A DNA stretch of 10,761 nt from Fibrobacteria bacterium (GTDB lineage: Bacteria; Fibrobacterota; Fibrobacteria; UBA11236), in assembly GCA_041746255.1 (NCBI GenBank), contig JBGTHM010000078.1, positions 1 through 10,761 on the forward strand, written 5' to 3'. Position numbers and translations under genes: made by a program. Below, piece by piece: positions 1-6,981 of this stretch. Under the pieces are notes generated by a model. That model had not been told where the DNA came from. It saw only the letters and a list, made by a program, of their open reading frames with translations, and made no database searches. Every line of letters begins with the position of its first letter. The first letter of the stretch is position 1.

Positions 1-25
1 GACACTTATTTTTAATAAACTGAAC

Positions 26-835
26 TTATAGCCAGTCCCATGCGTTACCAACAACCGCCCACCGGTTAATAGAAGGCAGGGCAATTAATTTTGCAGATCC
101 AAAAATCCATAGATCAGGCCTGGGCACTGCAGTCTGACCTGCTTCGCTCCATCCTACAAAACCTTCTCGACCGGCGCTAACATCATTCGGGTTCAATTGC
201 AGATATACATTTGAGTTATTAACCGGTGTAATAATAATTTCCTGGCCTTCCTTCATACTTTTAATTGGGGGCAAACCAGGAACAAATTGAAAACCGTCAT
301 ATACAACGCTGGTATAAAGGTGGGATATATATTCCGGATTTATCACGGGGCCACCAGTCCGTTCAAAAACCTGCACTTCTGCCAGGCTCAAGGGGTTAGT
401 TGTGGTCAAAAGGGTGATACGGACGTATTGACCCGCAACATTGAATTTCAAATCAGTGGGGTACCCTGCGGTTCCGGAATTTTTAATGGTTTTAACCACA
501 GCACGAGAGCTTGACAATACCTGGACCCGAAAGTTTTTCAATCTTGCTGAGGATTCCACCCGATTCCAAATTTTTATCTGCCCAATTTGTTCGCTGGATC
601 CCAAATTGACTTCCCACCAGGGATTCTTTTTATTGGCACATGTGTGTGTCGTGGAATTGGACGCATATTTTCCATCGGTGTTTCCGTCCACAGCACGTGA
701 AGCGTTCCCACTATTGCAGGTTGTACTTTGACTGGCAGCTTTGCCTATAGCCAAATTTGTTTGGGCAAATACCACTCCGCTCAGCAGGGTGAAAGTAACG
801 ATAATTAGTTTATTTAATACTTTAATATGATACAC
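26..835 (-). CDS. Secreted F-type lectin / F5/8 type C (discoidin) domain protein, 269 aa, with an uncharacterised C-terminal domain (paralog 1)
   Basis: GTG start at 835 with AAGGAGA 5 nt upstream (841-847). Signal peptide ends VVFA|Q. Fucolectin-type motifs NLAIGKAASQST, ASRAVDGNTDG, THT..NPWWEVNLG, IWNR, RL, GQYVRI and LSLAEVQVF are present. Confidence 0.88.
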   Translation of the reverse strand: MYHIKVLNKLIIVTFTLLSGVVFAQTNLAIGKAASQSTTCNSGNASRAVDGNTDGKYASNSTTHTCANKKNPWWEVNLGSSEQIGQIKIWNRVESSARLKNFRVQVLSSSRAVVKTIKNSGTAGYPTDLKFNVAGQYVRITLLTTTNPLSLAEVQVFERTGGPVINPEYISHLYTSVVYDGFQFVPGLPPIKSMKEGQEIIITPVNNSNVYLQLNPNDVSAGREGFVGWSEAGQTAVPRPDLWIFGSAKLIALPSINRWAVVGNAWDWL

Positions 836-871
836 TTTGTTCTCCTTATTTATTTTTAAGAAAAAATATGT

Positions 872-1705
872 TTATAACCAGTCCCATCCGTTTCCAATCA
901 CGACCCAGCGCTTTTGAGAAGGCAGTGCAATGATTTGAGTCACCCCCCAAATCCATAAATCAGAAACCCCATTCATAAAATCTTTATTTCCTGCAAATCC
1001 TCTGGTATCCCATCCGATAAAGCGTTCTTTTCCGGTTTGTACGTCAGTGGGGTTTAATTGAAAAAATATGTCGGATCCGTTCGCGCAAATAAACGTGAAC
1101 TCATGGCCCTCATTCATATCACTGAGTGGGGGAAGAACCGGAAAATATTGCCCGCCGTTGGTGTAGGTTATATTATTGAAATTAACTGCAATTTTATCGT
1201 TAGCCGGGTGGTTAATGGTTTCTAAATTTTGTGATATAACCTGTACCTCGGCCAAACTGAGAGGATTGGTAGACGTCAATAGCGTTATGCGCACATATCT
1301 ACCCGCGGCACCCAGAATGCTGCTGGTAGGGTATCCTGCTTGGGTCCCATGCAGGTTGTTTCTTACCACCTGGCGGTTTTGATCCAACAATTCAACTTTA
1401 TAATTGGATAATCTTTGGGGCGCCTCTACACGGTTCCAGATTATTACCTTTTCCACCTGGTAGAGCTTTTTCAGGTCCACCTCCCACCAAGGATTTTTTT
1501 TGTTTGAACAGGTGTGGGTTGTTGAATTCGACGCATATTTGCCGTCTGTATTCCCATCCACAGCTCGTGAAGCGCTTCCACTATTACAGGTAGTGCTTTG
1601 CGTGGCAGGCTTACCTTTCGCCAAATTGGTTTGAGCAAATCCCAAACTTGTCAGCAAGACAAACGTGAATAAAAAAATATTTTTATTAAATTGATGTTGG
1701 TGCAC
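872..1705 (-). CDS. Secreted F-type lectin / F5/8 type C domain protein, 277 aa, with the same C-terminal domain (paralog 2)
   Basis: Start moved from 1744 to the in-frame GTG at 1705, because AAGGAGAACAACGTG mirrors AAGGAGAACAAAGTG of paralog 1. Signal peptide ends LGFA|Q. Carries the same lectin motifs (NLAKGKPATQST, RAVDGNTDG, NPWWEVDL, WNR, RYVRI, LSLAEVQV). Confidence 0.88.
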   Translation of the reverse strand: MHQHQFNKNIFLFTFVLLTSLGFAQTNLAKGKPATQSTTCNSGSASRAVDGNTDGKYASNSTTHTCSNKKNPWWEVDLKKLYQVEKVIIWNRVEAPQRLSNYKVELLDQNRQVVRNNLHGTQAGYPTSSILGAAGRYVRITLLTSTNPLSLAEVQVISQNLETINHPANDKIAVNFNNITYTNGGQYFPVLPPLSDMNEGHEFTFICANGSDIFFQLNPTDVQTGKERFIGWDTRGFAGNKDFMNGVSDLWIWGVTQIIALPSQKRWVVIGNGWDWL

Positions 1706-1779
1706 GTTGTTCTCCTTTGATTTTGTTTCGATTAATTTTTCCAAGTTATCCCATTTGACAAAAGGTTATCTGAAATACC

Positions 1780-1962
1780 CTACGTAACCACACCGCGATC
1801 GCCATCGCACCGACTCAGAATATATTCCGGCTGGGTATTTTCGTCAATTATTCTGGCCTCCTTTCTGAGGCTTTCTCCTTTTAAAGTTAGGATGATGGCT
1901 CCGCTTACCAGGCGGTCACAGATGGCATCCGCGGTGGTTGAATCCGGAAGACGCGCATGCAA
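1780..1962 (-). pseudogene. istB: IS21-family IstB ATPase C-terminal remnant
   Basis: LHARLPDSTTADAICDRLVSGAIILTLKGESLRK (1962-1861) matches the IstB C-terminal consensus WHxxxxDPTxADAILDRLVHxAxxxxLKGESxRK. No Walker A region or istA is present, and similarity stops at about 1962. Confidence 0.8.
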
Positions 1963-1965
1963 GAG

Positions 1966-2050
1966 TGTTCTTCCCCTGATTTTCCGTACACCCAGATAGG
2001 AGTGTACCAGATGAAAAAACAGACAAGAAAACGCAGTTTTTACCCCATGG
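1966..2050 (+). mobile_element. IS3-family-like left end with the start of a truncated orfA
   Basis: TGTTCTTCCCCTGATTTTCCGTACAC (1966-1991) resembles IS3-family left inverted repeats (TG..., CCCC, ..GGACA-like). It is followed by AGGAG (1998-2002) and ATG at 2011 giving MKKQTRKRSF, a basic OrfA-like N-terminus. No orfB/DDE domain follows. Confidence 0.55.
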
Positions 2051-2288
2051 GTAAACACAGAAAATTCGATAATGATTTTAAAAACAACAAAGCCCAAAGC
2101 CTGTTATATGAAATTTGCAGTCGAAAAATAACCCGCGAAACAAACCCAACCGATTTATCCAGGTCGGTCCCAGGCATCAGGATTTTAAAACGGATTAATT
2201 CGAGTGCGGGAGTAATCAATGAATAATGCGGCGGTCAATTTAGTGGATCGCTAGTAGGCTATCCAATAACATTCCGAAATCAATAGAT

Positions 2289-4055
2289 TCAATCCACCAT
2301 TTGAACCAGGCGGCCATCCGCTTTCTGGCTTTCGAACGAGGCTTTTATCCAATCATCGGATAGATCCCGGTATATCACCCGGGCTTCATCCACCAACCCG
2401 GAATAGCTTCCGACCTCCTGATTGCGAGCCCACCCACCAATGCCTCGACTCATACCCAGCCTCCAATAGCCGGTATATTTTTGTCCAGCAGTGATTTCCG
2501 GATTTTCCGCTACCAAACGCCCATCCATATACAGTCGCATGCCCCGTGGAGATAGGGATGCAGTCACCAGATGCCATTCATTATCATTATACGCTTCACT
2601 GGAGGTAATTATACGCCGTATGCCGTTGTTGGGTCCCAACAACACCGAATCCTCGGGACTCACCGAATCGGGTGCGACTGCATAAACACCAAAATTCACT
2701 CTTCCCTGGTTGTCAAACCATAAATGCCTGTCGGCCTTCAGTTCTTCCGTATTTCCAAACCCGAAAAGGCGCCCTCCGGTGGTATCCGCGGTTTTAAACC
2801 ATACCGACATGGTAAATACATCCGGGTTTGTACTAGGCACCGTACTGACAATGTACTGTGAGTCGCTCAAGGATACCGCCCGGTAAATTAAACCCACCTT
2901 AATGGGCTCTGTTATAAAGGGACCGCCCCAATTGGCGTTGTTGAAATTTTCCGAAGCATCCTTTACCTGTGAGGCTGGAGATGAATAAGGCTGGCCCATA
3001 TGCCAGACACCAAAATACCCACCCGCTGAATCGAATACAAATTGGGGCGCCGATATTTTGGCGGCTTCTGGATTTCCCGAATAAACAAAAATAGTCTGGC
3101 TTGCGCTGTTTCCGAAAAGGGTATCGAGTTTAATCCAGATTACCGCACGACCCGCGTCTTGATCCCACAATTCCTTATGAAACGGTAATTCAGTCACCCC
3201 ATCTGATTTTACAATTCGTAGATTGTTGCCATTTGGCCTGCCCGCGCCCATCAATTCACAATCAGCCCGAGTAGCACCGTTTTCGCAAGGACCCAATTTG
3301 ATCAGCAAAGGGAAATCGTAGACATTGGATTGAACATCGATGCCCGAGGCTGTGGTATTCAGGACAATCTTTTTCATTACTTCCCAGCGGGAAAAGGGCT
3401 CTATGCGGACCGTATCTCCCGAACCTATTTCAAATTTTTCGGGCTGAATATTGATGGAAGAATCACCGCTTCCTTCCCGATAAAGGATTTCGGTATACCC
3501 TGCTGCCGGGATGCCCGACATCTCGATGAATCCATCTTGAAGGTCGGTTTTCGTAACTTTTTTTAAAATATCAGTGCCGGGAATGGAAATCAGGCCCTCT
3601 TCCATACCCTTAAGGCTGGAACGCTGAATTTGAAGGACGCCGGTTTTCAGTAAAGCCATTTCCAGAAAATTTGTTTTCAGGATCTCTTCCTCCAGAAAGA
3701 GATCCTGAATCAAAACGGCGGTATTGGCGGCAGAGTTTCTGGCCAGAATATTATACAAACCGGGACCGACATTTTGAAACTCAAATTCACCCTTCCCATT
3801 AGTCCATAAGGTTTCGGGAGGCGCACTGGAAACAGTGCCAGGGTCATAATTGCGGCGCAGAAGTAACACTGGGATGTCAACTTCCGGGTTGCCCCCTTGG
3901 TCCTTCAAGACTCCCGCGATGGTGTTCGTAGTCTGGGAACCGCTTCCACCTGCGACGTCCTTGCCACCCAAACAGCTGATAAGTGCAAAACAGAACGCCA
4001 ATACCAACAATACCGAAAAAATGTTCCGCTTATGAAAAATAAAGTGACTATTCAT
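2289..4055 (-). CDS. Lipoprotein, 588 aa: carboxypeptidase-regulatory-like beta-sandwich + DUF2341 + LamG/ConA-like domain
   Basis: ATG at 4055 with GAGGAG at 4061-4066. Lipobox ALISC is followed by VAGGSGSQTTN. TNGKGEFEFQNVGPGLYNILA marks the first domain. DUF2341-like segment: FPLLIKL..NLRIVKSDG.TELPF..E.WD....A.IWIK..TIFVYSGNP. LamG motifs: FTMSVWFKT, YNDNEWHLV, RLYMDG, YSGLVDEARV. Confidence 0.85.
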   Translation of the reverse strand: MNSHFIFHKRNIFSVLLVLAFCFALISCLGGKDVAGGSGSQTTNTIAGVLKDQGGNPEVDIPVLLLRRNYDPGTVSSAPPETLWTNGKGEFEFQNVGPGLYNILARNSAANTAVLIQDLFLEEEILKTNFLEMALLKTGVLQIQRSSLKGMEEGLISIPGTDILKKVTKTDLQDGFIEMSGIPAAGYTEILYREGSGDSSINIQPEKFEIGSGDTVRIEPFSRWEVMKKIVLNTTASGIDVQSNVYDFPLLIKLGPCENGATRADCELMGAGRPNGNNLRIVKSDGVTELPFHKELWDQDAGRAVIWIKLDTLFGNSASQTIFVYSGNPEAAKISAPQFVFDSAGGYFGVWHMGQPYSSPASQVKDASENFNNANWGGPFITEPIKVGLIYRAVSLSDSQYIVSTVPSTNPDVFTMSVWFKTADTTGGRLFGFGNTEELKADRHLWFDNQGRVNFGVYAVAPDSVSPEDSVLLGPNNGIRRIITSSEAYNDNEWHLVTASLSPRGMRLYMDGRLVAENPEITAGQKYTGYWRLGMSRGIGGWARNQEVGSYSGLVDEARVIYRDLSDDWIKASFESQKADGRLVQMVD

Positions 4056-4878
4056 GGCGGCTCCTCTTTTTGGACATCGGGAAAGCCTGAAAATTAATCT
4101 GATAAACCCTGTCGATATTTTTATCGTGTTCGGCAATTTCCAGCATCTCGGCACGTATCTGGGTGAGCTTATCTTTTATTTTGTTCACGCCTTCTTCGGA
4201 CAGGCTCAACGTGAGAGTCGATATATCCCGTTCATGCACGGGTAAATTATCGATGGCCACCTTGGCCAAATCCATTGTGGCAATCTGAAAAGAGTGAACT
4301 GAGACAGGCGTTACCTCGGGACCGGCGTTGATGAACTGACTGGTGAGTTTGTAAAATCCCTTGGAATTTTTTTTAATGAAACCATTTTGCTCGAGAAATT
4401 TTACGGCTTCTTTGGCCTTGCCGGCACTTATTTCGGGCTCAAGGGTTGCACCCAGAGTTTTATAATCATTTTTAAAGGGAAGAAAATTCAAGGTCTCGCG
4501 CACCGCCGTATAATACCATTTTTGATAAAACTTGAACTGGGCCGAGCCGGTATCCTTCATCGATGAATTTTTATAGCGCACCAGGTTTTTTAGCGCAGAT
4601 GTCCGTTGTTTGTGGGTTTTCGCCTGATTGAATTGGACCAAATTTTTGAAATACCCCGTTTCGGCCTGATCCAGCTTTAAATACGAAGCAAACTTGTCGG
4701 CCATATCCTGAGAGATATTTTTTTGGCCGTTAAGAATACGTGTGAAAAAACCAGCGGACGAAAATCCCACGGCTGCGGCGATTGTGCGGTAGGAAAAACG
4801 AGATTGACTGGCTTTGCGCTCCTCGTAATAATCCCGGAGATAATATCGGTAGTTGGTATAGACTTTTAAATCGGGCAT
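4048..4878 (-). CDS. TIGR02147 family protein (N-terminal HTH, C-terminal DUF4423), 276 aa
   Basis: Hallmark motifs YRYYLRDYYEERK..FSYR..A..GFSS..F...ILNG.KN.S, FY.KWYYTAVRE, ERDISTLTLSLS and VYQINFQAFP. Its stop overlaps the downstream lipoprotein start (ATGAATAG). Confidence 0.9.
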   Translation of the reverse strand: MPDLKVYTNYRYYLRDYYEERKASQSRFSYRTIAAAVGFSSAGFFTRILNGQKNISQDMADKFASYLKLDQAETGYFKNLVQFNQAKTHKQRTSALKNLVRYKNSSMKDTGSAQFKFYQKWYYTAVRETLNFLPFKNDYKTLGATLEPEISAGKAKEAVKFLEQNGFIKKNSKGFYKLTSQFINAGPEVTPVSVHSFQIATMDLAKVAIDNLPVHERDISTLTLSLSEEGVNKIKDKLTQIRAEMLEIAEHDKNIDRVYQINFQAFPMSKKRSRHE

Positions 4879-5057
4879 AAGGTCGCGAAAGGTTCTCTTT
4901 AATATAGCTCGAATTGTCTCTCAGCAAACCTATTTGAACAATAAAATTTAATAACTGGGCAACACCACTTTGCCGTTTTTATACTAATAAATGAATTCGA
5001 ACCTCGAAAAAATCCAAATAATTAGCTTAAAAATCAAGTATTGGGCAACGGCATTCC

Positions 5058-5342
5058 GGTTTCCGCACAATTTGAGAGGGCGAACGACATGCCAGTTTGG
5101 CGGTGTGGATGTTTGCGAAATTGAGTTTCAATGTGACAGGGTAGGCATTTGATTTGAGGTCCTTCAGCGTCCGATATCCTTTTGCTTTAGCCTTGGCTGC
5201 CTGGATAAGGGAGTTCAATCCCTCCATGCTACCATTTCTCTCGCGGAACGGAATCCAATTCATAACACCATCCCAGGTGTTTCTTCGCGTATCGCGTCTT
5301 GCGCAAAATGGGCTATTGTTTGATCTCCTTCCGCCTGACTTC
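5058..5342 (-). pseudogene. ISL3-family transposase remnant with probable right inverted repeat
   Basis: EVRRKEIKQ*PILRKTRY (5342 to about 5290, stop at 5313-5315) is followed after a frameshift by WDGVMNW..NGSMEGLNSLIQAAKAKAKGYRT..KLNF. Both match ISL3 transposase motifs. GGTTTCCGCACAATTTGAGAGGG (5058-5080) resembles a GG-terminated ISL3 end. Confidence 0.8.
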
Positions 5343-5504
5343 ATGCCCTGCTGCTACGATCGACCCATGATTTCCCTCCGGGTCCAAGACCCCTTTAGTA
5401 GAAAAGCCATTATTCTTGTCATCTACGCCGATGAGCAAATCCATGTCGGCCATAGTAGCTTTCCCTCAAAAACGTAAATTTAGTTTTCAAAAGTTCTGCC
5501 GCCA

Positions 5505-6737
5505 TCACTCAATCTTAAGCACATACCCTTTAGGCAGCGTGTCGAATTGGCCCGGCTTGTAGGCATGAGGCTGGAGTATCACCAACCGGCCGTTGTGATA
5601 GCTCACTTGCAGGGATTGCTTGGCGCCTCCCGTCACGAAACTGTGATGGGTTTCGCTTTTGCTTCCGGGCGCGCGTTCGATAAGGATTTTCTCCTCCACC
5701 TTGCGCACCGCCCATGCCGGTTTTTTGCCGCGAAACACCTCCAGCAAATCTTCCGGATCGTAAATCCAAACCTTGAGCGCGTATCCGCTGGCGTGATAGC
5801 CTTTGCTTCCTTCATACGGCGATCCCACGCCTTCATTCGCCTCGCCGTACCAGGTCTCCCCGCCGAGCTGTTGGGTCAAAAAGAACAGCACGCCGTGATG
5901 CGTGGGGGTTTCCAGCCATATCGCCCCGGAGACGCCATCGGCAACCCACCAGCCTTCGGGGGAGCGGCTTTCCTCGTCGTGATAGACCAGCGGCCTCGAG
6001 GCCAAAGCGCCGGCTATCCGCGGCGCGTCCGCTTTGATGGCGAATAGATTAGGGCCCCAACGCCCGGTGGCCGTGCCCGAAGTGCCTTGTTGTCCGGCCA
6101 GATAGGTATAGCCCTCAGCGGCCAAAACCGCCGGCGCAGGGCTCATGTAACCGCCTACGCGCTGGCTGTGGGCTCCGGGAGCCGCCACCTTCCACATGCC
6201 TTCGGATTTCCCTTTCTCGAAATAGCCTTGCGAGGGCCAGTCCGTGCCCGCGCCGTTATACCATTGATGCTTGGTGAAATGAATGCGCTCCCCGACTTGC
6301 AGCAGGCCTCCCAGAATATAGGCTTCGCTGCCGGAACTCCAGCCTGGCGGTTTAAGTCCTCCGGTGATGTCTTTCCAAGGGCCCACGCGCGTGGCCAGGC
6401 CGCCGTTCAGGACGTCCGGGAGTTTGACTTCCGCCTGAAATTCGTAATGGGGATGGCCCGTAACCAGCAAGTTACCGTTGTCCAATTGTCCGTGCACGGC
6501 GTGCGTATAGGCGAAACTATGTTCCGTGCCCTCCTCGCGGGAGCCGGGAATGTTGAAATGGCCGACGTATTTCGACTCGATGTCGGCCCAGGTGATGAGC
6601 TTGCGCGTGGGATTCGCGTCGGGGCCTGTGCCGGTTTTCCCGGCTGCGCCTGCGACGGGCGATTGATTGCAGGCCGCGAAGCATAACAGCAGCCCCAAAC
6701 CTAATGTCGCTCTTTTCATGCTGTGCATCCCCTGCAT
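5505..6737 (-). CDS. Hypothetical lipoprotein, about 410 aa, Gly/Trp/His-rich, possibly a beta-propeller
   Basis: Long ORF with GC-rich codon usage. Signal MKRATLGLGLLLCFAAC carries a lipobox and is followed by a low-complexity linker. The start is uncertain (6758, 6737, 6728 or 6719); 6737 has GGAAAGGA upstream. No family recognised. Confidence 0.75.
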   Translation of the reverse strand: MQGMHSMKRATLGLGLLLCFAACNQSPVAGAAGKTGTGPDANPTRKLITWADIESKYVGHFNIPGSREEGTEHSFAYTHAVHGQLDNGNLLVTGHPHYEFQAEVKLPDVLNGGLATRVGPWKDITGGLKPPGWSSGSEAYILGGLLQVGERIHFTKHQWYNGAGTDWPSQGYFEKGKSEGMWKVAAPGAHSQRVGGYMSPAPAVLAAEGYTYLAGQQGTSGTATGRWGPNLFAIKADAPRIAGALASRPLVYHDEESRSPEGWWVADGVSGAIWLETPTHHGVLFFLTQQLGGETWYGEANEGVGSPYEGSKGYHASGYALKVWIYDPEDLLEVFRGKKPAWAVRKVEEKILIERAPGSKSETHHSFVTGGAKQSLQVSYHNGRLVILQPHAYKPGQFDTLPKGYVLKIE

Positions 6738-6806
6738 GGTTTCCTTTCCGCCGGACATAGAGTTTCACCGTCGGCCGCGGATTTCCGTTTCTTGCGGACT
6801 TGGCAT

Positions 6807-6836
6807 ATTATACTCTCTCAAGGCGGTTTCTGGAAA
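6807..6836 (-). promoter_or_regulatory. Putative sigma70 promoter for the hypothetical lipoprotein
   Basis: Perfect TATAAT on the minus strand (6812-6807) in GC-rich DNA, with a weak -35 TTTCCA (6836-6831) at an 18-nt spacer. Confidence 0.4.
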
Positions 6837-6940
6837 TCGGTTTCCGGAGGGCCGGACCGGCTCGTTTCGCTTTTCTCCGCCAGGGGTGCCTTTTAGCGTC
6901 AATTGGAGTTGGGTTTTTGGCGACGCCACTGCGGAGCGGC

Positions 6941-6969
6941 TTGATTCGCCCTTGGATATACTGTACATT
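6941..6969 (+). promoter_or_regulatory. Putative sigma70 promoter of dnaE2
   Basis: TTGATT (6941-6946), a 17-nt spacer, then TACATT (6964-6969). Confidence 0.6.
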
Positions 6970-6981
6970 TGGGCAGTATAT
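6956..6981. promoter_or_regulatory. Palindromic operator, LexA/SOS-box-like (CTG-N10-CAG)
   Basis: ATATACTG-TACATTTGGG-CAGTATAT has perfect 8-bp arms. Its core TACTGT-N8-GCAGTA is one mismatch from the E. coli TACTGT-N8-ACAGTA. It overlaps the -10 element and the start codon of a typical SOS gene. Confidence 0.75.

Noticed and set aside
26..1705. Lectin paralogs as a diversity-generating retroelement template/variable repeat pair
   Set aside because: Both are full genes, the differences are not adenine-specific, and no reverse transcriptase is present in the window.
1780..2226. ORFs 1780-2097 (-) and 1957-2226 (+) as intact genes
   Set aside because: Both are chimeric read-throughs across IS remnants, and only short segments resemble transposition proteins.
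2228..2256. GCGGTCAATTTAGTGGATCGCTAG as another IS end
   Set aside because: Only a vague resemblance, with no partner repeat or transposase fragment found.
2643..2669. CACCGAATC repeated twice
   Set aside because: It is a short coding repeat (DSV-SPE-DSV) in a LamG loop, not an array.
4056..4154. 33-aa N-terminal extension of the DUF2341 lipoprotein
   Set aside because: It overlaps the TIGR02147 gene; ATG 4055 has a good RBS and yields a normal signal peptide.
4958..4980. GGCAA-N7-TTGCC followed by a T-run, as a terminator or TIGR02147 operator
   Set aside because: The stem is only 5 bp, no plus-strand gene lies upstream to terminate, and it is indistinguishable from chance.
6800..6979. 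60-aa N-terminal extension of the DnaE ORF from TTG 6800
   Set aside because: The PHP motif starts right after Met 6980, and the extension spans the promoter and operator and looks non-coding.
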